A DNA stretch of 64,000 nt from Clostridia bacterium (GTDB lineage: Bacteria; Bacillota; Peptococcia; DRI-13; PHAD01): assembly GCA_034003745.1 (NCBI GenBank), contig JAVEYA010000003.1, positions 40-64,039 on the forward strand, written 5' to 3'. Positions 19,501 to 27,446 of the stretch are shown here, piece by piece. Positions within the stretch are counted from its first letter, which is position 1. Every line of letters starts with the position of its first letter. The position numbers and the translations under genes are program-made. The notes below the pieces were generated by a model. The model saw nothing but the letters and a program-made list of their open reading frames with translations, did no database searches and had not been told where the DNA came from.

Positions 19501-20865
19501 GTGGAAGCATTTATTGATGAAGTCATCGAATCTTCTTATGATGGAATCTATATCACCGACGGCGAGGCCAATACCCTGCGGGTCAATAAGGCTTATGAGC
19601 GTATCACCGGTTTGAAAAGAGAAGAAATTATCGGTAAAAATATGGTTGACTTGGTCAAAGAAGGCTATATTTCGGAATCAGCAACCCTTTTGGTGCTGCA
19701 GAATAAGAAAGTAAACACCATTCGCCAGAATTTCAAAACCGGTAAAAAGGCGTTGGTAACGTCTACGCCAATCTTTGACGAAGAAGGCAAAATCACCATG
19801 GTGGTAACCAACGTGCGGGACATTACGGAATTGTCTGAGCTGAAGGGTGAACTGGAAGAAAAGGAGCGGCTGGCCCAAAAATATTACCTTGAAATCCAGC
19901 AAATTCGCTCCCAGCTCCTATCCAGTGAAGATATCGTGGCCGAAGACATGAAAATGCTTCATATCATGCAGAACGCTAAGAAAGTGGCCGCCACGGATTC
20001 CACCGTGATTATTTTCGGCGAGACCGGCGTGGGCAAGGAAGAAATTGCCAAGCTGATTTATAAAAACAGTCTGCGTAAGGAGAAACCGTTTATCAGCATC
20101 AATTGCGGGGAAATGCCGGAAACCCTTATCGAACTGGAGATGTTCGGCTATGAGAAGGGCTCTTTTACCGGCGCCCGCACAGAAGGCAAGGCCGGTCTCT
20201 TTGAAGTAGCCGACGGCGGCACCGTTTTCCTCGATGAGATCGGGGAACTCAGTATGCATGTGCAGACCAAGCTCTTACGGGTGCTGCAGGAACATGAAAT
20301 CAAGAAAATCGGCGGCGTTAAACCTATTAAAGTAGACGTCCGGGTCATTGCGGCGACCAATAAGAACTTGGAAGAAATGGTCCGGCAGGGTGTTTTCAGG
20401 AAAGACCTCTATTACCGTCTCCATGTTATTCCGATCACCATACCGCCTTTACGGGAAAGACAGCAGGATATCTTGCCGCTCTTGCGGCATTTTTTAAAAG
20501 AGATTAATAAAAAATACGGTCTGCAGAAATCTTTCAGTGGGGAAACGCTGAAATTATTGTGCGCCTACGATTGGCCGGGCAATGTCCGCGAACTGAAGAA
20601 TATCGTGGAAAGAACCGCGGTGATGAGCGCAGGAGACACCATAGTCAAAGAGGATTTGCCCAAACAGCTGCAAAACACGGCGGGAGGAGTGACTTTTCCT
20701 TACCCGGAGGAGATCATGCCCTTAAAGGAAGCGGTGAATCTGGTGGAGGCCCAATTATTGCAAAAAGCTTACCGGAAGTTTGGCAATGTCCGCGCGGCGG
20801 CTAAAGCGCTGCAAATTGACGCGGCTACTTTTGTCCGCAAGCGCAAAAAATACCGGCAGGAATGA
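19501..20865 (+). CDS. sigma-54-dependent transcriptional activator (PAS - AAA+ - Fis HTH)
   Basis: It has a PAS N-terminus, the Walker A GETGVGKE, GSFTGA (GAFTGA variant), VRVIAATN and a C-terminal HTH. GTG start behind GGGGAGG. Confidence 0.9.
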   Translation: MEAFIDEVIESSYDGIYITDGEANTLRVNKAYERITGLKREEIIGKNMVDLVKEGYISESATLLVLQNKKVNTIRQNFKTGKKALVTSTPIFDEEGKITMVVTNVRDITELSELKGELEEKERLAQKYYLEIQQIRSQLLSSEDIVAEDMKMLHIMQNAKKVAATDSTVIIFGETGVGKEEIAKLIYKNSLRKEKPFISINCGEMPETLIELEMFGYEKGSFTGARTEGKAGLFEVADGGTVFLDEIGELSMHVQTKLLRVLQEHEIKKIGGVKPIKVDVRVIAATNKNLEEMVRQGVFRKDLYYRLHVIPITIPPLRERQQDILPLLRHFLKEINKKYGLQKSFSGETLKLLCAYDWPGNVRELKNIVERTAVMSAGDTIVKEDLPKQLQNTAGGVTFPYPEEIMPLKEAVNLVEAQLLQKAYRKFGNVRAAAKALQIDAATFVRKRKKYRQE

Positions 20866-20920
20866 AGCATCGGCAGAATGAAGCCATCGCAAAATATAGT
20901 GTTGGCAAAACCTAAACGAG

Positions 20921-20940
20921 TGTTGCATAAATGCATACAA
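20921..20940 (+). promoter_or_regulatory. candidate activator-binding site (UAS) 1
   Basis: TGTTGCATAAATGCATACAA has the same TGTTGC-N5-TGCA core as site 2. It lies about 165 bp upstream of the -24 element. Confidence 0.4.
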
Positions 20941-21001
20941 GCGCCTGTTCCCGGCAGAAGTAAACCAGCTGAGGAAAGGAAAGGTTTTCGGCACAAAGAA
21001 G

Positions 21002-21021
21002 TTGTTGCTATAATGCAACAA
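21002..21021 (+). promoter_or_regulatory. candidate activator-binding site (UAS) 2
   Basis: Perfect inverted repeat TTGTTGC-TATAAT-GCAACAA, about 80 bp upstream of the -24 element. Confidence 0.45.
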
Positions 21022-21083
21022 AGTTATGTATAATAAAAGATGTGGATGCCGCGCACGCGCGTGCTGCCGCGCTTTATCAAAGT

Positions 21084-21100
21084 TGGCAAGGTTTTTGCTA
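21084..21100 (+). promoter_or_regulatory. sigma-54 (-24/-12) promoter of abfD
   Basis: TGGCAA-GGTTT-TTGCTA versus the consensus TGGCAC-N5-TTGCW. It lies about 70 nt upstream of ATG 21172 and directly downstream of a sigma-54 activator gene. Confidence 0.7.
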
Positions 21101-21171
21101 TATAATATTTATACCAGTGGATCTTTCTGCGGTAAGAAGTGAGAATATTTAAAATAAGAGGAGGGTTTATC

Positions 21172-22644
21172 ATGCCATTGATGACCAGGGAAGAATACAT
21201 CGAATCCTTAAGGAAACTGAAACTCAAAGTATACATGTTCGGGGAGTTGGTGGAAAACCCCGTCGACCATCCGATTATCAAACCGTCTATGAACTCCGTC
21301 GCCATGACTTACGAACTGGCGCAGCATCCGGAATATGAAGACCTGATGACGGCCACGTCCAACCTGACCGGGAACAAAATCAACCGCTTTGCTCACTTGC
21401 ATCAGAGTACGGAAGACCTCATCAAGAAAGTGAAAATGCAAAGATTATTAGGCCAGCAGACGGCTTCCTGTTTCCAGAGATGTGTCGGACTGGACGCTGC
21501 CAACGCCATCTATTCCACAACCTACGAAATTGACAAAGCCCATGGCACCAGTTATTTTGAAAACTTCAAAAAATACTGGACCATGATTCAGGACAAAGAC
21601 TATACCGTCGATGGCGCCATGACCGACCCCAAAGGCGATCGGAGCAAGAATCCGACGGAACAGGCTGATCCGGATATGTACCTCCGGGTCGTGGAAAGAA
21701 GGCCCGACGGCGTGGTGGTCAGAGGCGCCAAAGTGCACCAGACCGGTATTGTCAACTCCCAGGAAGTCATCGTCATGCCGACCATTTCCATGCGCCCCGA
21801 GGATAAGGATTACGCGATTTCTTTTGCGGTACCTACCGATGCCGAAGGCGTCTTCATGATTTACGGGCGCCAGTCCTGCGATACCCGGAAGCTGGAAGAA
21901 GGCGCCGATATCGACGTGGGTAACAAGCAGTTCGGCGGTCACGAAGCGCTGACTATTTTCGAGGACGTCTTTGTACCCAATGAGCGTATTTTCTTAAACG
22001 GCGAAACGGAATTCGCCGGCATGCTTGTAGAACGTTTTGCCGGTTATCATAGACAAAGCTACGGCGGCTGCAAAGTCGGCGTGGGCGACGTCTTAATCGG
22101 CGCGGCGGCATTGGCGGCCGACTATAACGGGGCCAACAAAGCTTCTCATGTTAAAGACAAACTGATTGAAATGGTCCATCTGAACGAAACCCTGTACTGT
22201 ACCGGCATTGCCTGTTCTTCCCAGGGTTATCCCACCGAAGCGGGCAACTATCTGATTGACCTCTTGCTGGCCAACGTATGTAAGCAGAATATCACCCGCT
22301 TCCCCTATGAGATCACTCGCCTCGCCGAAGATATCGCCGGCGGTCTGATGGTGACCATGCCTGCGGAGCAGGATTTCCGCCATCCGAAACTGGGCAAATA
22401 TATCGATAAATACCTCCAGGGCATCAACTCCGTCTCCACGGAAAACCGCATGCGCGTCTTAAGGCTGATTGAAAATATCACCCTGGGAACAGCGGCAGTG
22501 GGCTACCGCACCGAGTCGATGCATGGCGCGGGGTCCCCCCAGGCGCAGCGCATTATGATTGCCAGACAAGGCAACATCGAACAGAAAAAAGAACTGGCTA
22601 AGAAAATCGCGCGCATTGACGAAAGCCAGAACAAGAAGAAGTAA
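21172..22644 (+). CDS. abfD: 4-hydroxybutyryl-CoA dehydratase / vinylacetyl-CoA delta-isomerase
   Basis: It is near-colinear with my recollection of Clostridium aminobutyricum AbfD. Shared stretches are YIESLRKL..VYMFGE, KVKMQRLLGQQTASCFQRCVG, GAMTDPKGDR, MIYGRQSCDTRK and YHRQSYGGCKVGVGDV. I trimmed the start to ATG 21172 behind AGAGGAGGG. Confidence 0.95.
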   Translation: MPLMTREEYIESLRKLKLKVYMFGELVENPVDHPIIKPSMNSVAMTYELAQHPEYEDLMTATSNLTGNKINRFAHLHQSTEDLIKKVKMQRLLGQQTASCFQRCVGLDAANAIYSTTYEIDKAHGTSYFENFKKYWTMIQDKDYTVDGAMTDPKGDRSKNPTEQADPDMYLRVVERRPDGVVVRGAKVHQTGIVNSQEVIVMPTISMRPEDKDYAISFAVPTDAEGVFMIYGRQSCDTRKLEEGADIDVGNKQFGGHEALTIFEDVFVPNERIFLNGETEFAGMLVERFAGYHRQSYGGCKVGVGDVLIGAAALAADYNGANKASHVKDKLIEMVHLNETLYCTGIACSSQGYPTEAGNYLIDLLLANVCKQNITRFPYEITRLAEDIAGGLMVTMPAEQDFRHPKLGKYIDKYLQGINSVSTENRMRVLRLIENITLGTAAVGYRTESMHGAGSPQAQRIMIARQGNIEQKKELAKKIARIDESQNKKK

Positions 22645-22656
22645 GTGTTCATATGA

Positions 22657-22686
22657 AGCGGGGTAAGCAATTACCCCGCTTTTTTC
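22657..22686 (+). terminator. rho-independent terminator immediately after abfD (intra-cluster)
   Basis: 10-bp perfect stem AGCGGGGTAA / TTACCCCGCT, GCAA loop, then TTTTTT. Confidence 0.75.
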
Positions 22687-22712
22687 AAAAAATAATAATT
22701 ACAGGTGAGGCG

Positions 22713-22994
22713 ATGGTTTCAGCAGGCATAACAGCAGGTGTAAAATATTGCGGCGGCTGCAATCCCCGGTTTGACCGGGGCGGATTTTTTGCGCGGCTCC
22801 AGGATAGATTTCAAGATAAAATCAGCTTTGAAGCCGTCCGGCCGGAGAAAAGATATGACTTCCTGCTGGTTATTTCCGGTTGCACCAGCAATTGCGCTGA
22901 TTATACCGGGCTGAATTATACAAAAGATATTATCTTCGTGACGAACGAGCAAAGTTTTGAGCAGGTCGTGGAAAAGTTGAAAGAATACCTTTAA
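22713..22994 (+). CDS. small Cys-rich protein (CGGC ... CTSNC), unknown function
   Basis: 93-aa ORF between abfD and abfT with KYCGGCNPRFDR and ISGCTSNCADY. The 5' part of the listed ORF (22653-) is the terminator hairpin, so I use ATG 22713. Confidence 0.55.
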   Translation: MVSAGITAGVKYCGGCNPRFDRGGFFARLQDRFQDKISFEAVRPEKRYDFLLVISGCTSNCADYTGLNYTKDIIFVTNEQSFEQVVEKLKEYL

Positions 22995-23019
22995 AAAATA
23001 AGCTGAAGGAGCGGTGTGC

Positions 23020-24321
23020 ATGGATTGGAAAGAACTCTACAAAGAGAGGCTGGTTTCCGCCCAAGAAGCGGTCAGGCGCATCAAATCCGGGGACAGGGTT
23101 GTCACCGGGCACAGTGTCGCGGAGCCGCCCGCTTTAATTGAAGCGATGGTCGCCAATAAAGAGGCTTATGAAAATGTGGAAATCGTACATATGGTAGCTA
23201 TGGGCAAAGGGTTATATGTGCAGCCGGGGATGGAAAAGCATTTCCGGCATAACGCCATTTTTGTGGGCGGCGCAACCAGGGCCGCGGTCAATGAGGGAAG
23301 AGCGGACTTTACGCCTTGCTTCTTCCATCAGGTCCCCAAATTGTTCAAGGAAGGAATATTACCGGTGGATGTCTTAATGACCCAGGTTACTCCACCGGAT
23401 GCGCACGGTTATGTCAGCCTGGGCACTTCGGTGGACTATACCAAGTCGGCGCTGGAATGCGCCAAAACCGTCATCGTCCAGGTCAATGACCAGATGCCCC
23501 GGACAATGGGCGATTCTTTTGTGCATGTTTCGGAGATCGATTATTTTGTGGAGGATTCGCGCCCGCTGGTAGAACTACAGCCCCCCGTCATCACCGAAGC
23601 CGAGCGCGCCATCGGGGAAAACTGCGCGAAGCTCATCCAAGACGGCTCCACCCTGCAGCTCGGCATCGGCGCCATACCTGACGCGGTGCTGTTATTTCTG
23701 AAGGACAAGAAGGACCTGGGCATTCACTCCGAAATGTTTTCCGACGGCGTAGTGGAACTGGTGGAGGCCGGCGTCATTACCAACAGGAAGAAAACCCTGC
23801 ATAAGGGCAAAATGATCGTCACCTTCCTGATGGGTACGAAGAGGCTCTATGATTTCGTCGATAACAACCCCACAGTGGAAATGTATTCGGTGGATTATGT
23901 CAATAATCCCGTAACCATTATGCAGAACCATAATCTGGTCTCCATCAATTCCTGCGTACAGGTAGACCTGCTGGGCCAGGTTGCCTCCGAGACTATCGGG
24001 TACAGGCAGTTTTCCGGCGTGGGCGGCCAGGTGGACTTCGTCCGCGGGGCCGGCATGGCGCCGGGCGGCAAGTCCATCATCGCCATGCTTTCCACTGCCT
24101 CCAACGATAAAGTTTCCCGCATCGTGCCGCTTTTGGATGAAGGCGCCGTTGTCACTACCTCCCGGACCGACGTCCACTATATTGTTACTGAATACGGCAT
24201 TGCGGACTTGCGCGGCAAGACCGTGAAAGACCGCGGCCGCGCTCTGATTAACATCGCCCATCCCAATTTCCGCCCGCAGCTGATCGAGGCGTGGGAGAAG
24301 CGGTTTAACAGCAAATTCTAA
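23020..24321 (+). CDS. abfT: 4-hydroxybutyrate CoA-transferase (acetyl-CoA hydrolase/transferase family)
   Basis: MDWKELYKERLVSAQEAV..IKSGDRVV...HSEMFSDG...GGQVDF is the AbfT/Cat2 pattern. GAAGGAG precedes ATG 23020. Confidence 0.9.
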   Translation: MDWKELYKERLVSAQEAVRRIKSGDRVVTGHSVAEPPALIEAMVANKEAYENVEIVHMVAMGKGLYVQPGMEKHFRHNAIFVGGATRAAVNEGRADFTPCFFHQVPKLFKEGILPVDVLMTQVTPPDAHGYVSLGTSVDYTKSALECAKTVIVQVNDQMPRTMGDSFVHVSEIDYFVEDSRPLVELQPPVITEAERAIGENCAKLIQDGSTLQLGIGAIPDAVLLFLKDKKDLGIHSEMFSDGVVELVEAGVITNRKKTLHKGKMIVTFLMGTKRLYDFVDNNPTVEMYSVDYVNNPVTIMQNHNLVSINSCVQVDLLGQVASETIGYRQFSGVGGQVDFVRGAGMAPGGKSIIAMLSTASNDKVSRIVPLLDEGAVVTTSRTDVHYIVTEYGIADLRGKTVKDRGRALINIAHPNFRPQLIEAWEKRFNSKF

Positions 24322-24347
24322 ACAGGCTTAAACCAGGTTTAAATAAA

Positions 24348-24491
24348 GGGGCTGTCGCAACATAGCCTGTCATCCTGAGTAAAACGAAGGATCTTAGTCA
24401 AAATCGGGAAAAATTACCTCGGTTTCTAAGATTCTTCAACCATTAATGGTCTCAGAATGACACATCCGCTATTTTGCGACAGACTTTTTTT
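24348..24491. repeat. full-length palindromic REP/MITE-like element that also acts as the abfT terminator
   Basis: The outer stem is CTGTCGCAA / TTGCGACAG. The inner arms are GTCATCCTGAG..CGAAGGATCTTAG and CTAAGATTCTTC..CTCAGAATGAC. TTTTTTT follows. Confidence 0.7.
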
Positions 24492-24622
24492 ATTTTATAA
24501 CAAAATTTTATACTTCCAGCCATTTCCATTAAATGTTTTTATGGTGCAGGAATTCACAAGCAGCAAGTGAATTATTATTCTTAGTAATTATTTTTTATAT
24601 ATTAGAGGAGGTTTGGATATTA

Positions 24623-25720
24623 ATGAAAGGACTCAATTCCAAAAGCTTCATGATTGCGGCAGGACTTATTGTTGGGGTATTGGCCGGATTGATGGTCAAA
24701 TTCGGCAACCCGGCCAACATGGGCGTTTGCCTGGCCTGTTTTTACCGGGATGTTGCGGGCGCGCTGGGATTGCACCGGGCGGAAGTGGTGCAGTATCTGC
24801 GCCCGGAAATCATGGGTATTGCCCTGGGCGCGGTGATTACGGCTGTGGCGTTCGGAGACTTCCGGGCGCGCGGGGGTTCCAATACGATGGTCCGCTTTGT
24901 CTTAGGCGCCTTCTTCATGATTGGCGCGCTGGTATTTTTGGGCTGTCCCGTCAGAGCGGTCTTGCGTTTAGGCGGCGGTGACCTCAATGCCGTAGCCGGT
25001 ATATTCGGGACTATTGTAGGAGCATTAGCCGGTATCTATTTCCTGAAACGAGGCTTTAACCTGGGCCGGGCTACCGCTACCTATCCCGCAGCCGGCTGGC
25101 TGATGCCGGTGATCATGGTGGCCCTGCTGATCCTTGTATTTGTACAGCCGGCTTTTGTTATTTTCAGTCAATCGGGCCCCGGCGCGGCGCATGCTCCCCT
25201 GCTGATCTCCCTGCTGGTCGGTTTAATTATCGGCGCTTTGGCCCAGCGTACCAGGATGTGTTTTGTCGGCGGGTGGAGAGACCTCTTTCTGGTAAAGGAT
25301 ACGTATCTGTTCAGCGGGATTGCGGCTTGTTTTGCGGGTGTTTTAATCGTCAACCTGGCTCTCGGGAACTTTAAGTTAAGCTTTATGGAACAGCCGATTG
25401 CCCATACCAATCAGGTCTGGAACTTCCTGGGCATGGTTTTGGCAGGTGTAACCGCCACGCTGCTGGGGGGCTGTCCGCTGCGCCAGACGATCCTGGCCTC
25501 GGAGGGCGATACCGACGCGGCTGTAACGATTATGGGGATGATTGCCGGTGCGGCCTTTGCCCATAACTTTCTTCTGGCCTCCAGCGCAGGCGGACCCAGC
25601 GCAAACGGACCGGTAGCCGTCGTAATCGGTTTGATTTTTACCGGTTTGGTCGGATATTTCATGAGTGAGAGTTTTTCTTTTAAGACATCCGCGAAAGAGG
25701 GTAAACAAGTAACAGGTTAG
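24623..25720 (+). CDS. yedE: YedE-family putative selenium/sulfur-compound membrane transporter
   Basis: It has two homologous halves, each with a conserved Cys motif (NMGVCLACFYRD and RTRMCFVGGWRD), and about 10 TM segments. I trimmed the start to ATG 24623 behind AGAGGAGG. Confidence 0.85.
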   Translation: MKGLNSKSFMIAAGLIVGVLAGLMVKFGNPANMGVCLACFYRDVAGALGLHRAEVVQYLRPEIMGIALGAVITAVAFGDFRARGGSNTMVRFVLGAFFMIGALVFLGCPVRAVLRLGGGDLNAVAGIFGTIVGALAGIYFLKRGFNLGRATATYPAAGWLMPVIMVALLILVFVQPAFVIFSQSGPGAAHAPLLISLLVGLIIGALAQRTRMCFVGGWRDLFLVKDTYLFSGIAACFAGVLIVNLALGNFKLSFMEQPIAHTNQVWNFLGMVLAGVTATLLGGCPLRQTILASEGDTDAAVTIMGMIAGAAFAHNFLLASSAGGPSANGPVAVVIGLIFTGLVGYFMSESFSFKTSAKEGKQVTG

Positions 25721-25730
25721 GGGTTAGATC

Positions 25731-26327
25731 ATGTTTTGGAAAAATTTTAATTTTAGTTTAACGGATAAAGCGCCGGACAAAGCTGCTCGGCTGGGGGATG
25801 CGGAAAAGGGACTGGTCATCTTTGATACGGTGGAAGAAGCAATCAAAGCTGAAAAAATTATTAAGGCCGCCGGATATACCTGTAAATTGGTAGCCCCGCC
25901 TCCCCGCCTGCGCAAAGGCTGTGACCTGGCTTTGGAAATAAACCTGATGGAGCAGGGGGCAATGGAAAAAGCCCTGCAAGGGAAAGTAATCTATAACGGG
26001 ATTCACCCGTTAAACGGCGTCGCCGAATTGCTCAATGCCGTCAAGGTGACCAACTATGACGAATATGTCATGGTCAAGGCCGGTAATATGAAGCTGGTTT
26101 TCGCCAAAAAGGGCGGTCTGATCGTGAATACATCCGGCGGCGGCTGTCCCGATATCCCTTATCTGAATATTATGCTGGTCGGCCAAAAGCTTAGCGAAGC
26201 GCCGCGGCCCAGGGAAATGGCCCATACACTTTGCGGCCTGATGCTGGATCGTGCTTTTGAGGTAGCGCTGAATATCTGGGAAGGGGGGATGGAGCATGCT
26301 GCTGATCGCGGGAATCGTTCCCGATAA
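25731..26327 (+). CDS. DUF3343 (Se/S-carrier-like) domain protein with an unrecognised about 120-aa C-terminal extension
   Basis: The N-terminal LVIFDTVEEAIKAEKIIKAAGYTCKLVAPPPRLRKGCDLAL fits the DUF3343 pattern and resembles the 55364 ORF. The C-terminal part contains NTSGGGCPDIPY. Confidence 0.7.
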   Translation: MFWKNFNFSLTDKAPDKAARLGDAEKGLVIFDTVEEAIKAEKIIKAAGYTCKLVAPPPRLRKGCDLALEINLMEQGAMEKALQGKVIYNGIHPLNGVAELLNAVKVTNYDEYVMVKAGNMKLVFAKKGGLIVNTSGGGCPDIPYLNIMLVGQKLSEAPRPREMAHTLCGLMLDRAFEVALNIWEGGMEHAADRGNRSR

Positions 26328-27183
26328 TGAATACCCTCTGACCGTGGGAAAAGTGACCCAGGCGGAAGACGGCCGCTCCCTTTTGACGGACGGGCGCCGT
26401 ATTCCCTGCGCGCAAGGTACGGCGGCGATGCTCAGCACAGCGCTGGCAGTGACGAAATACCTGGGACTGGAGGCGCCCTATGCCGTACTGGCGGGGGATA
26501 CCGGTTCGGGAACAGGGACCCGGCAGATTTACAATTATCTGATTAAAAATATAACTAAGTTGTCGCCGCAAGTATTGTCCCTGCATTATTGCCTGCCCAT
26601 TCTAACACTGATGCAACAACTGCATCTGGCCGTGCGGGAGGTCCCCCAAAAGCCCCTTCTGATTGCCGACGCCGGTTCTATGTATGCCGCCAAAGCAAGC
26701 GGATTGGCTCCGCAGTTCGATCTATTTACCCCGGATGCTTCAGAACTGGCTTTTCTGGCTGACCCTGAAGCGATTCATCCGGCATATATCAGCAATTATT
26801 TGTTTGAAGGCGATATTACCAAAGCGCCTGAATTTATCCAACAGGCTTACCGGATTAACGGCGCGGCAAAAGTCATGCTGGTGAAAGGGTCTGTCGACTA
26901 TATTGCCGCTCATGGTCAAGTGCTGGAAAAAGTTGACGAGCCGAATGTCCCGGAACTGGAATGCATGGGGGGCACAGGAGATACCATCACCGGCATGGTC
27001 AGCGCTTTTATATATGCCGGCTTCGCCTTAGAGCAGGCCGCTATAATCAGCGCCAAAGCCAACCGCACGGCCGGCCTTGTGACTAAAGTGACCCCGGCTT
27101 CCCATGTGGGAGAGTTGATACAACAGCTTCCCCGGGTGCTGAAGGAAAACTTGTGTTCCTGGAGCGGTTTATGCACGCGTTAA
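26296..27183 (+). CDS. YjeF_C / ribokinase-like carbohydrate-kinase-fold protein
   Basis: LFTPDASELAFL, VMLVKGSVDYI and the C-terminal GGTGDTITGMVSAFIYAG match the NAD(P)HX-dehydratase / HMP-kinase superfamily motifs. It overlaps the upstream gene by 32 nt. Confidence 0.65.
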   Translation: MLLIAGIVPDNEYPLTVGKVTQAEDGRSLLTDGRRIPCAQGTAAMLSTALAVTKYLGLEAPYAVLAGDTGSGTGTRQIYNYLIKNITKLSPQVLSLHYCLPILTLMQQLHLAVREVPQKPLLIADAGSMYAAKASGLAPQFDLFTPDASELAFLADPEAIHPAYISNYLFEGDITKAPEFIQQAYRINGAAKVMLVKGSVDYIAAHGQVLEKVDEPNVPELECMGGTGDTITGMVSAFIYAGFALEQAAIISAKANRTAGLVTKVTPASHVGELIQQLPRVLKENLCSWSGLCTR

Positions 27184-27217
27184 ACTTAATAAAATATTTT
27201 ATAAGGAGGAGAGAGGG

Positions 27218-27427
27218 ATGGTCGAAGTTGATGTACGCGGTTTGACCTGTCCTATTCCGGTGGTGAGAACGCAGCAAGCGATTACGGAGAACCCCGGTCA
27301 GGAGATCGTAACGCTATGCGACAGTTCAGTGGCGAAAGAAAACGTCACCCGCCTGGCTGAGAAAAAAGGCTACACAGTGACGGAAACAAAAGAAGGCCCG
27401 GATTTTAAACTGGTCCTGAAGCCTTGA
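27218..27427 (+). CDS. TusA/SirA-like sulfurtransferase (CPxP motif)
   Basis: MVEVDVRGLTCPIPVVRTQQAI is the canonical TusA active-site Cys context. The protein is 69 aa. Confidence 0.85.
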   Translation: MVEVDVRGLTCPIPVVRTQQAITENPGQEIVTLCDSSVAKENVTRLAEKKGYTVTETKEGPDFKLVLKP

Positions 27428-27446
27428 GGTTCAATCTTGCTCCATA

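Noticed and set aside
24533-24622. N-terminal extensions of listed ORFs (24533 yedE, 21139 abfD, 22653 small ORF, 40684 galU, 44899 opuAC, 8035 nifU, 36534 dctP, 1626-2108 Rrf2, 54081-55313 desulfurase)
   Set aside because: In each case an internal start codon with a good Shine-Dalgarno motif coincides with the conserved family N-terminus. The upstream extension overlaps a terminator, a repeat or the preceding gene.
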